Source of the DNA: Squalus acanthias
Taxonomy: Eukaryota
DNA: 64,000 bases
Assembly: GCA_030390025.1 (NCBI GenBank)
Contig: CM059435.1
Location: forward strand, 114,452,001 to 114,516,000
Direction: 5' to 3'
Part shown: positions 1 through 11,186 of the stretch, one piece after another
Layout of the letters: each line of letters begins with the position of its first letter
Position numbering within the stretch: position 1 is the first letter of the stretch
Program-made: the position numbers and the translations under genes
The notes under the pieces: model-generated
Told to the model about the DNA's origin: nothing
Database searches by the model: none
Seen by the model: only the letters and a program-made list of their open reading frames with translations

Positions 1-112
1 CATTTCCTATATTACAACAATGACTACACTTCAAATAGTACTTCATTGGCTGTGAAGTGCTTTGGGCGTCCGGTTGTTGTGAAAGTCGCTATATAAATGC
101 AAGTCTTTCTTT
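1..112 (+). mobile_element. Deu-SINE 3' end
   Basis: acttcattggctgtgaagtgctttgg...gctatataaatgcaagtctttctt; multi-copy in window (also ~4040-4162, 29716-29810, 32675-32812). Confidence 0.8.
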
Positions 113-160
113 TATAACCCTCTATTCCCTTTCCCCTCATATACCCTTAAATGAAGCAAG

Positions 161-560
161 AGAAATAAAAACAGAAAATGCTGGAAATAGAGACCATAAC
201 CTCCGCCCTCATTTTTTCCACATGGCAGCTGTTGATGATTCTGCCATTCCCATTTACACCTCATCTAGACCCATCTTTTGTTTCTTCACTTGTCCCATTA
301 CCACCCTCTTTTGCATTGTACAATCATACCATTTTGTCATTTAATCTCTCCTGCCTTCCACCCTATCACAGACCTTCCCTTTTATTCTTTCCTCCCCTCC
401 CCCTGCCTCTGCATTTGCTTAAAACCGGTTATATCTCTAACTTTTTCCAGTTCTGATGAAAGGTCACAGACCTGAAACATTAACTCTTTCTCTCTCCACA
501 GCTGCTGCCTAACCTGCTGAGTGTTTCCAGTATTTTCTGATTTTATTTGAGTACCAGCAC
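161..560 (+). mobile_element. Penelope-like non-autonomous repeat with a hammerhead motif and a short inverted terminal copy
   Basis: aaataaaaacagaaaatgctggaaa at 163-187 is an imperfect inversion of tttccagtattttctgattttattt at ~524-548; hammerhead core at 449-485; same family at ~34900-34985 and 55894-55998. Confidence 0.65.
449..485 (+). ncRNA. Minimal type-I hammerhead ribozyme motif (stem-III CpG decayed)
   Basis: AGTT-CTGATGA-A-AGGTC aca GACCT-GAAA-CA-TT-AACT. Confidence 0.65.
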
Positions 561-702
561 CCGCAGTATTTTGTTTTTTCATAGAAAGCAAGAGATTTGC
601 AGACACAGCGCCACCCCCACACACACCCGACTGAGAAAGGAGGATTGGAGATTGCATTATTGCGCGAGTCTATATTAGCATCTGGATTTTTTTAAATGAC
701 GA

Positions 703-905
703 GAAAGACTTGCATTTCTATAGCGCCTTTCACAACCTCAGGACGTCCCAAAGCGCCTTACAGCCAACTAAGTACCTTTGAAGCGTCGTCACTTGTAATG
801 TAGGAAACGTGGCAGCCAATTTGCATACAAGATCCCAGAAACAGCAATATGATAATGACCAGGTGATGTTGATTGAGGGATAAATATTGGCCCAAGGCAC
901 CGGGA
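703..905 (-). mobile_element. Deu-SINE 3' half
   Basis: Aligns by eye with 58483-58680 and 42470-42665. Confidence 0.8.
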
Positions 906-914
906 ATCCCTCCA

Positions 915-1204
915 TGGCCTCGTCTCCTCGCCATCTCTAACCTCCAGCCCTACCACCCTCTGGGAACTCTGCGTTCCTCAAACTCTGGCCTCTTTTGCCC
1001 CACCATTGGCAGCTATGCCTTCAGCTGTCGAGGCCCCAAGATCTGAAATTCCCTCCCCTCCTTTAAAACCTACCTCATCGATTAAGATTTTGGTCACCTG
1101 TCCTAATGTATCCTTCAACTCTCGATTTTCATCTGATTACCCTCCTGTGAAGCGCCTTGGGACGTTTTACGTTAAAGGCACTACGTAAATGCAAGTTGTT
1201 GTTG
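915..1204 (+). mobile_element. L2-like LINE 3' end
   Basis: caccattggcagctatgccttcagctgtc...aaatgcaagttgttgttg; other copies at ~21085-21397(+), 28236-28415(+), 53633-53865(-). Confidence 0.7.
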
Positions 1205-2354
1205 AGTCTTCTGAGTATGGAAGACTTTGTAGGCCTGAAAACTAGCACCTCACCCAGGCAGCATCTTGTGTGCAGCTATGTCTTCTCTTTCTTGGTTGGA
1301 GATGTGCATGGGTAGGTGTATCAAAGCCCGAGTGAGTAGTTTAAATTGTAAATAATTGTGGCACACAGAATTAACCGGTTCCCAAAGTACTTTGTTCCAG
1401 AATTGTCAACATTGGTGAAATGTGGAAATGATATTTATGATCAATCAAAAGTGACACAAGACTGCAGACCCATTTAAGCTTATAAATCTGGATTTTAAGG
1501 GTGGCATACCTCCATATGTCAAAACCAAAAGAAATGATTCTCACCGCTAAGTGATACCTTTTATTGGCCCAGAATTTGTTGGAGCGGGGCATCGCACCAT
1601 GATTTGGATATTATTTCCCCCTCACCCTTCAGCTCCAATTAATTTTGCACTGAAAATTTCTGGCATGAGGTCAACGGGGCATCTGGGACCTTGGTGGTTG
1701 ACAGGGCCAATAATCTATCTCCTTAACTAATGAAATGCAAGGATTTGGATGGTTAGCAAAGCTCTGAACATTATTTAAACAAAGTTTATTATAATTTGAA
1801 GGTTTTTTGGTCTATGGCACATGACGCAGAACCATATGAACAAGACCGCTTCCTGCCCAGGGTTCAGATTGTTTTTTAATTCATCAAATTCAGGAACCGA
1901 TGGCTGCTGCCGATATGTGAAAGCTGTATATTTTATAGCAATTCACAACAAATCCAATTTGATGAGGATCTTCTCTGCTGGTCAGAAACATTTCTTGCTT
2001 TGCCAGCCAGTCACTAGCCTGTGTACTCAGTGACATTCACATCCATTAAACCACTTTCCAATTTGTGCTCTTTGTTTCCTTCAGTTCTATTATTTAGTTG
2101 TATTCCCGAATACATTTTTCTTCTCTTAGGATTTGCTTCCTTTTATGCTTTCCCTGGTTTAACTTGCATGCTGGTTGTGTGCTTTATATGGCATGTGCAG
2201 AACAATTATTGCTAACTGGTTTCAAAGTGGAAGGTCATTGGAAACAAGTTACCCCATTAACGGGGTACTTATGCCGTGAAATAGCAGTCCCAATTTTCTG
2301 CACCAAGTTTAATTAGTTTTTTTTTTAAACAGTGCAAATGCAGCAATTACTTGA

Positions 2355-3000
2355 CAGCATATAGATGAGGAAGAGGAGGCCAAGGATAGATTCTTGGGCG
2401 ACTCTAGAGGCAATGGTGCAGGGGTAGGAAGACTGGAACCAAATGAGGGCAGTCTGGACAATGGAGGATAGTGTAGTTAATCATGTCATAGGCTAGAGAG
2501 AGGATGAGGAGGGATAGTGTGCACCACAGTTAGAGGATGTAATGTGACATTAGTGCTGTGGCAGGGGCAGAAGTGATTGGCGAGATTTCAAACGAGTTGC
2601 AGAAAGATGGGCACAGATTTAGGAGGCGACAACATGGTCAAGGACTTGGAGGTTGGAGATGGAACGGTAGTTTGCAAGGACAGAGGTCAAGGGTTGGATT
2701 TTTGAGGGAGATGACGACAATTTTGAAAGGGAACAGTACCTGAGAAAGAACCACTTAAAGTCAGCTAGCATGGGGGCCAGGAAGGGAAATAGTGTAATCA
2801 GCAGTTTAGTTGGAAGGGGGCGGGGGGGGGTGTTAAGGGAGTAGGAGATGGGTCTCATGGACAAGATGAGCTCAAAGATGGCATGGAGAGAGATTGGAGA
2901 GAAACTAGAGACACAGGTTCAGGGCGAGGAGTCTGGTGGGAGGTTTTGGCTTGGTGGGGAAGGGAAGCAACAGAATGGAAGGACTCAATCTTGCTGACGA
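2355..3000 (-). mobile_element. L2-like LINE internal (RT) remnant
   Basis: Purine-rich plus strand; similar to 45880-46530 (gccaaggatagattcttgg...; aagggaaatagtgt...). Confidence 0.5.
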
Positions 3001-5227
3001 AGACAAAATGACAAGTACCTATTATTCTTCGAAGGACCAATAACGATCACAACAATGTGCATTTATAGCATGCAAAGTCCCAAGGCACTTCAATGGTGCA
3101 AGGTAAACGGATGCTGACTCAAAGCTTAACTGAAAGTTTGTTCAAAGAAATGGGTTTTGGGATGGTCTAAAGGAGTTGAGAGGTGGAAAAGTGAGGGAAT
3201 TTCATAGAATCCTGGTTGCTGAAAATTTGCCATAAATCCAATCTTTTCCTCTATTTCTTTCTGTACCTGATTTGGCTCTAATTCACTATTTCCTTCTCCT
3301 GTCATTAGTGTTTCTTTCTCAATCCTTAAATCTCATTGGTTAAGATACTGTTGGGCCTGCTGTTCACCAAGGTCCCAGATGCCTTGTTGCCCTCACTGCA
3401 CCATTATCAGCTCGTACTTCCAGCAAGTTACAGCATCATTTGTTTAATATATCCTCGGGGCTGCTACCTGTGTGTTACTGTTTGCTTGGTCTCCCTTGAT
3501 CATGACATCATGGAAAGGATCTCCGAGATAATGTTCCTCTTTGCATATGTGCAATATAGCTGGTTAGTCTTTGAACCTGGCATCTAGTTTCTCAAATGAT
3601 TCAATTAGCACTTTATACAAACATACACTCTGAATACATTGCACATTCAAGATGGCCCACATAATGCATGTAACACAGTACGTTTGGCATCACAACAGCC
3701 ATCTCAATTGCAGTGTGGGCAGTGTCTGGTTTAAAAGGTTTTGGAATGTACCTTCATAGACTAACTCCTTCCTCACCTCAGCCTGTGTTTTACTCCAAAT
3801 GAAAATGACCTCTTACTGCTGTAAATCAGAATATAAATAGAATAGCTAACTTTTTACTAGAGGGTCTGTCAAGGGTGAAGCAGAAGTCTGCAGGAACCAA
3901 ACAGATCAATATTTGAATTGTGCTGTCAGATGAACTCAGGTGTTTCCCAAAACCAACACTGATGAAAGTAGCCGAGAGAAAATCCTGATCGGTCTACCTT
4001 TAACATTTTGTACTGGAGTAGCTTCTCCAGACTCCATCTCCGTTTCCCACATTACAACAATGACCACTTCAAAAAAAAGTACTTCGTTGACTATAAAGCA
4101 CTTTGAGACATCCGGTGGTTGTGAAAGGCGCTATATAAATGCAAGTTTTTCTTTCTTTTCCTGACAATTATCTGAACAGGCAATTAAGAGTGGTTTCCTG
4201 TTGCTCTTGAAGTAGTCTTCTGAACATGACCAGTAAGTTAAGTGATATATATTCCTATATAAACTATTGTTACTGTGTTCACCAATAATATAATTGCAGC
4301 TTTTGAGATGGAAAATTGGACAATGACATTCTCATTTCCAGGTTGTCAATTTATAGCCACATGGATCAAAGTTTTGATTTTTATGGTACAGTTGATCATG
4401 CAGACCCATTTTAAATTGACATATTCCTGGTTCATGAAGTGGGCCAACATTCCCCTCTGCATCAACAGGTTATCTGACAATTCATTAATTTGCTTTTTGG
4501 GAGTTTGCTGTATGCAAGTTACTATTTTTGCCTATATAACATTGACGGCATCCATATTGCATTATGCTGCTTTTGTACAATGTTAAGAATTTGTACAATT
4601 ATGAATTAGGACAGATTCCCAGTTTCAAAGCAGCTGACAATAGATAATAGATTAAAACCAAACTTTTACTCTGCATAGGCCAACATTAGAACCAGTTAGT
4701 TAATGATCTTTAATTAGCTCATGGAATAAAATGAGACGTCTGGGAAGGATGTGAAAAAGCCTATTCTGAGTGAGCTCTCGTCTGTAGTATATAATAAAAT
4801 GGAACTTCATTCCCAAACATGCCCAATTTATCGATGGAAAATGTTAAAACCTATTTTAAATTAAGCATTGTACAGTTTTCCATTTGTGTCTACCATATAC
4901 GTTACCCTTCTGCATTAATCAAATACATCTCATTCAAGGATACGAGTTATTGGAAATTTCAAACTAATCGCGTTCCAGTTTTACTGAGTAAACTGATCAG
5001 TGCAACCAACTTAGCAATGAGCACTGTGAAGTTGGGGTGTGTTTGTGCAGCTTTAAAAGGAGTTAGTGGATACTGGATACAGTAGAATAAACTGGTGAAT
5101 GGTACAATAGGCGAACAGTTTGGTCATGTGACAGATCAAGAAACAGACTATTTAAATGGTTTGAACACAGAGAAATGAGTTACTAACAGCAAATTAAAGA
5201 CACTACCCGAGCAACCAAGAGGTGACA

Positions 5228-5615
5228 AACAACTTGCATTTATATAGCGCTTTTAATGTCCCCAGGAGTGTTCAGACAAAATTTGACAGAGTTAGAGATA
5301 TTAAGACAGGTGACCAAAAGCTTAGTCAAAGCGGTAGGTTTTAAGGAGCAACTTAAATGAGGGGTGGAGAGGTTTAAGGAGGGAATTCCAGAGCTTAGGG
5401 CCGAGGCAGCAAGAGGCCAGAATTGGAGGAGCACAGAGATCTTGCAGAGTTGTAGGGCTGGAGGACATTAGAGATAGGGAGGGGCAAGGGCAAGGCCATG
5501 GAGGGATTTGAAGACAAGGATGAGAATTTTAAGAGGTGTCGCCAGACTAGCAGCCAATGTAAGTCAGCAAGCACACAGGGATGATGGGTGAACGGGACTT
5601 GGTGCGAGTTAGGTG
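5228..5615 (-). mobile_element. L2-like LINE 3' fragment
   Basis: Reverse complement of the 915-1204 family, extending further 5'. Confidence 0.7.
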
Positions 5616-5950
5616 TTAGTCAACTAAGAGGCATTTTTTTTGAAGATAGTTGCACAATACTCAACACCCAATATCACACATCACAAAGCAAACAGCTTTT
5701 TAAGATATGACTTGCATAAATGTTGAGACGATTTAGTTTTGATTAGTGCTTAACTTGATTGAACTCAAAATATTAGCTATATATCAGGCCACCTTGTAGT
5801 TCCAGAAATGTATCTATATTATACAAGGATAATCATTTTCAGGAAAACTGTCCGTGGGCAATATGGATTTCCATTCCAGAAACTGCTATTTATTAAAGCA
5901 AAGTATTCCTGTGGTCGCTTATCCAAAGATTACCATTACGGTACAATATA

Positions 5951-5951
<1 letters not shown>

Positions 5952-5989
<38 letters not shown>

Positions 5990-5995
5990 ACACAC
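5952..5995. repeat. (CA)n microsatellite
   Basis: Direct reading. Confidence 0.95.
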
Positions 5996-6059
5996 TCTTT
6001 TGGTAGAAGTTAAATTAAAACACACCTGACACAAGGAAAATCTGACATGCATTACAGAT

Positions 6060-7867
6060 GATTTTTTTTTAAACATTTAATAATTTGGTTCCAAAATTGA
6101 CACTCAGCTGGCATTAGTAATATATAGAAATTGTCATAACTGGTCAAAATGGACGCTGAAAGCCTAGTTCACTGGACTTTTTCCCTAGATGTTCCATCAT
6201 TTTTCAAAGCTACAAAAGTACTTTGGACACATGGGAAATGGTAAATTTACAATTCAACAGAATATCCAGCTGTACAGTTTGTGATGCTCAAGTTCGCCCC
6301 CTCCACCCCCAAAAGTTAAGATAAAAATATAACCCTTTTCTGTAACAGGAAGATGTATTACATCTCAAAAAATTGTTCTAAATTTTAGCAGGACATAGTG
6401 TGAAAGATTATAGTGTGTGGGGAGTTCAAAGAAAACACCGTCTCTATTTACAGTAATCTACAGGCAGGTGTAGAAACAAGTGACTGTACTGCAACACTGA
6501 AGCAGTTTTGAACAGCGTTTCCCTGCCTAAGGTATGCCGCAATGAGTTACGAATCCTTGCAAATCATCTGGCCCCACCCCAAATCATTTCAGAAAGTGTG
6601 AATTTATCATAAATATACAGTTGTACCAGAATACCATTGCACGCTGGTTCAGTAGCATACATCAAGCCTGCATGATACCCCAGCCTCTTCAGTTAAAACC
6701 ATGATATACTGTTTCCACTTTGAAATCAAGTACATTACATGATGCAGTGTGTTGTGTTTTTCCAGACTTCTTCTAGTATACCCAAAGGGGAGGACTGAAA
6801 AAAGCACAATTGGCTAAAGAGAGGGAGACGCTTATTTAAACCATTAAATGTCAAGAAAACAAAGTATACTACATCTCAATAGATTTTCAAAAATGCCAAC
6901 AGCCCTTGTGCTGAAAGAAAAAAGCCTAAAATTTTCCTGGGGAAAAAAACAATTATGCTCACATCTGACCAAGTCTAAGCCAATATCTAAGGACAAACAC
7001 AGATAGACTAAGGTTATGATGCATTTGATTTAATCCATTTGATGAGTTGACAAATACTCTGAAGCATCTCATTATACATGGATGTATTCTTCCACTTAAC
7101 ATTTCACCCTTACTTATTTGTGAGGAAAAAAATCTTTATGCAGTTCATTTCCCAGAAACCTGAGAAACTAGATTCTGAAACAATCATTGAAAAATCCGTG
7201 TAAATATTTTGGGGCTTCACTGGGAAAGGGGCCATAACTGTTACAATACTTCAGCGTTTTTAGTAGTGTTATCTATTTGGCTACAAGTATTAGCTTTTTA
7301 TCTACAATATTTAACAAAGTAAATCACAGGCATATTTAGTACAGTTTCAATAGAAACACCCTTTTCCTGAAAATACAGTAGTATTTGAAGGATTAGTTTC
7401 TCTCCATCATGTGTCAGGAAGCCTTCTACCTACAAACAGAAACAAAAAGTATCTACAAACCTTGTAAACAGAACTGCATCATTTAGAACATAAATAATTC
7501 AAAATATTAACAGCCAAGTAGCAGAAATTAAAGTATCAATGAGCCAGGGCCAAAAAACACCATCCAGAAATCAAGAAAAACTAAATGTTCAGCTAACACA
7601 CTGCTCAGGACAATTCTTAAAGTTGATTTTTCATCCTCTGTAACAGAACGAATCCTCAAAGCAAGTCATTTTTATACCAGGTTTGTGTGTCACTGAGTTC
7701 CAAAAGCACCCTTAGTCTGGCAGAAAGCTGAAAGTATCTACATTCTTGGTGTGTCTTCTGCTGAAGTCCAAGACAAGAATATCTTGTCAATCACACAGTG
7801 TAAAAGGACCCAATTTTCTTTTCTTCTTGTAGCTCACTAGACCTAGTGTGTTAACATTCTGCTTACA
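6060..7867 (-). other. ATP2B1 3'UTR (about 1.8 kb; distal end uncertain)
   Basis: AT-rich and repeat-free. Minus-strand ATTAAA at 6081-6076 followed by an A run and a downstream GU-repeat; alternative AATAAA at 5894-5889. Confidence 0.6.
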
Positions 7868-8179
7868 CTAGAGAGACGTTTCCAGACTATGCAGTGGGCT
7901 CCCTGGGGTTGAAGAGGTAGCAGACTTGCTTGTGTCGGTTGTAAGATGGATCCCACTGTCAACAGCATTGTTGTTTTCATTGAGAGATAATCTAGGTGAG
8001 GAATCAAGTTTTATTGGTGTTTCGTCTTCAGCATCACTTTCATCAATAAGAGGGATGTGAGTGTCAGAATCTTCTATTCTAAATTCTGGATGGGTCATAA
8101 AGTTGTGGATCGAGCTGCGAGATTCTGGTTTCTCTAATCCTTCATACAAGGAACTACGGAATGCATTCACCACTCTGAG
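7868..8179 (-). CDS. ATP2B1: ATP2B1 terminal coding exon, b-form ([10 protein letters not shown]...PLHSLETSL*)
   Basis: cttacag acceptor; TAG stop; class I PDZ ligand ETSL. Confidence 0.97.
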   Translation of the reverse strand, partial: LRVVNAFRSSLYEGLEKPESRSSIHNFMTHPEFRIEDSDTHIPLIDESDAEDETPIKLDSSPRLSLNENNNAVDSGIHLTTDTSKSATSSTPGSPLHSLETSL

Positions 8180-10576
8180 CTGTAAGAAAAATATGCACGG
8201 TGTCAGTTGTTTTGACAAAGTGACGTGGTTGAATCTGATAATGTTAAGGTATGATTAAGCTGCATTGAGTTGAAATCCACAGTTACATAGCAACACACGT
8301 GAAATCTGTATCGTGCAGAATGCAGTGGAAGCTTGAAGAACTGGAAAAAACTTGTAAGACATTTTAGAACGGTAAATAAATCTAGAAACAAAGCATGTCA
8401 CCTTGGTGTAAGCATTTAAGCTGATGTACCATAAAATACAAACAAAGCAGCAGTTAATGCATCAATACTTACCAGCTCCAAAGATTCATGTACCTCACTT
8501 TCTTGGAGATCAAGAATATTTTAAAAATGCAAAACAAGAGCTACAAAACAGGATCACCTCATGCGTGGGATTAGGATGCCACTGACTATGGATAAAAAGC
8601 CAAGCCTAAGATAAACACAGCATTAAGAAAATGAGACATGCGAAAACCCTAAGTAGTGACCTGTGTAAATGTTCAAGTATATGCCCAATGCTATCTGCAC
8701 AAAATTTAAACCTGTCCAACATGGCATTGAATTGTACAGTGGCGGGGGGGGGGGGGGGGGGGGGGGGGGAGGGGGGAGAGAAGGGGGGGAAGAAGAGAAG
8801 GAGACCGATAGATACACACACCGACTTAACAGGAAAGACATTTCATGCACAATATATGATTCAGTATTCTCATTTTTGCACAGGATTTGCTATTTGAATT
8901 CTGATCTTGGGCACACTGCTGAGGAAAGCATAAAGACCAACAATGTCCATTTCTAACATGAGAAATGTACTAAGGCGCTTATGTTTTCCTTGAGAAAGCC
9001 AAAGATAGTCACCCTCTGCTATTCCTGTCCTCATCCTAGTGGGATTATCACCTACTGGGCATGGAGAATGGAGAGAAAGTATATTCAAAATGGGCAATGT
9101 AGAAGAAACAATGATTGTATTAACCTGGAATTCAAATACATTTATATAAACATCGTCAAACATGTGAAAACCCAGGATTATTCCATCAAGTATAGAACTT
9201 AAAAAGAATTTCTGTGATGAGCAAAGGGAGGGATGTCGGTATAGATAATAGCAGAGCAAAGCTCCCTCTATTCTTTCCTGACACTGCCTCTTAACCTTTT
9301 CATAATATCTCCTACGGCACTAAATTGACATTCCTCATTGCCAATTTGCATCATGTGCTCAGATGCACTAGGAACTATTTTGAAACTACACATTCATTTC
9401 AGAAATCTTGCAGCCAGGTTAGTTTCTGGATTCCAATCCAGGGCCCAGGTAAGTCAACACAAATGGCACTTTGTTTTTTAGACCTGGATCGAATATTTCT
9501 GTTCACAAGGGTTCTATAGAGCAGCCTCAAACATGTCCTTTGCTTTCTAACATTAAGCACTGAATAATTTACAAAATACAAGTTTAGGAAGTGAAAGAGT
9601 CACAAGACTGACTACATTCCAGGACTCATGGGATTTACACAGGATGGTTGTCAATTACACAAGTCAAGCACAATTCCACTGAACACAAACAGTTTGCTTC
9701 TTCCTGGAACACAATACTGTACTTGACTGATACACAATAATGGAATATTGTAATACAAACAAGCTAGGTCAGAAGAAACACAAGCAGCCAGACACCTTAA
9801 AAAGGTCAATGCAATCCAAAAATATGGTTGATCTGATTTAACTTTGAAGTTCTGAAGTACTATAGATCCAAAAATGTGTATAATGCATGATGGTGTGACC
9901 TTATTGTCACTTTGATCTATGGGTTTTGCTGGTTTGTGCAGTGTTTTTCACTATAATGCTCATGTGATTTAATAACTCAGGCACATAAGGTATAAGGAAA
10001 AAACTACAGAGGACCAGAGTTTCATAACAGAAGACACGTCAAATGCTACGAAAAGATGCTCACGACAAAGTTCAGTATCACAGATAGCCCTCTTGCTGCT
10101 GTAACAGAAAGGTGTAGACCTAGAGAGAGAAAGCACGCAACATCCACAGTCCAGCTTTCTGAATCAGCTGCAATTTAGCTCAAAAGAGATGAAAACCCGT
10201 AGAGTTAATGTCAAGTAGAACAATGTATTATGGATCTGTCAAAAAAAAAACACCACACTTTGTACACTGCAGAGATGGAAGAATCTCTAAATATGGGCTT
10301 ATACTCAAACATTTGCACAGGCTCTTTTGGATCATAATCTGAACGAAGAAACCTAAATATATAGAAATTTGGCAGGTCCAGACTCTTGGCCTTCATAGGT
10401 TTGTTTTTGCTTCAAGTTTCACGATTTTTCTAGCCCTCAAAAAAAATATAAAACCTGAAGACTTGGTGACCACGTTTTAAGAAAAGCTGCATGAACAGAC
10501 TGAAACAATGAAGTTTGGAGGGTACTAAGGGAGAAAATGAGAAACGTTAGGCATGTGGTTCAGGAAATGTTAATTT

Positions 10577-10582
10577 CATGCA
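10577..10582 (-). promoter_or_regulatory. RBFOX motif TGCATG 18 nt downstream of the site-C exon donor
   Basis: Plus-strand catgca; position typical of an inclusion enhancer. Confidence 0.6.
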
Positions 10583-10599
10583 CTAAGAAACAAACTCAC

Positions 10600-10756
10600 A
10601 CCCCACAGTAGTAGAAGTAGTAGTGGCAGCAGTAAACACTACATGTGTAGGGGTAGAAACATTTGTTACATCATGGTGCTGGCTGGCGATGGAAGGTTGC
10701 CGCCTTAGAGCTCCCTGAAAGGAAGTTCCAGTCTGGAAAGCATTCACTACATCCAT
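10600..10756 (-). CDS. ATP2B1: ATP2B1 alternative splice-site-C exon, 157 nt (MDVVNAFQTGTSFQGALRRQPSIASQHHDVTNVSTPTHVVFTAATTTSTTVG)
   Basis: ccttgcag acceptor, T|gtgagt donor. Full inclusion shifts the last exon to SQSGECIP* (TAG at 8156-8154), equivalent to PMCA1a. Confidence 0.93.
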
Positions 10757-10788
10757 CTGCAAGGAACCAGAGACTGTGACAGCTTGTT

Positions 10789-10792
<4 letters not shown>

Positions 10793-10822
<30 letters not shown>
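10793..10822. repeat. (GA)15 microsatellite, read as (UC)n in the pre-mRNA upstream of the site-C acceptor
   Basis: Direct reading. Confidence 0.95.
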
Positions 10823-10826
<4 letters not shown>

Positions 10827-11003
10827 ATGAGAGAAAACCATCCGATCTATAATACACAAGAGCAGAAATTATAACTAAAAGGCAAGAATTTACAGGATAG
10901 CAGTAGAGTTACAGTTAATAAAAAGCAAAGTAGTCTGGGGCAGTCTTGGCACAGGCCTTTTCTTCCAATATTACAAAAGGGTGGTTAAGTACTGCATTTA
11001 TAC

Positions 11004-11186
11004 CTGAGTCTGTATTCTGTTCAGACCTCTGAACCACAAGATCTGACCATGGCGCAATTCTCTCTCTGCATGGTCAATTTCTTCAATATCCTCTTCCAAC
11101 TCTTCCTCTGGAATCTCTTCCTTTTGCGTGCCAAGACCAGCTTCTTTGAGGAACTTTAAATGGCTTGTCGGAATTGAAGCAATCAC
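11004..11186 (-). CDS. ATP2B1: ATP2B1 exon, 183 nt ([17 protein letters not shown]...[15 protein letters not shown]), first half of CaM-binding domain
   Basis: tatag acceptor, CAG|gtat donor. Confidence 0.96.

Noticed and set aside
1205-5220. Neighbouring gene exons or extended 3'UTR
   Set aside because: No convincing exon. AT-rich UTR-like sequence at ~4200-5200 cannot be assigned without transcript data.
8606-8956. Poly-Pro/poly-Gly ORFs (also 26760-27120)
   Set aside because: Produced by G/C homopolymer runs.
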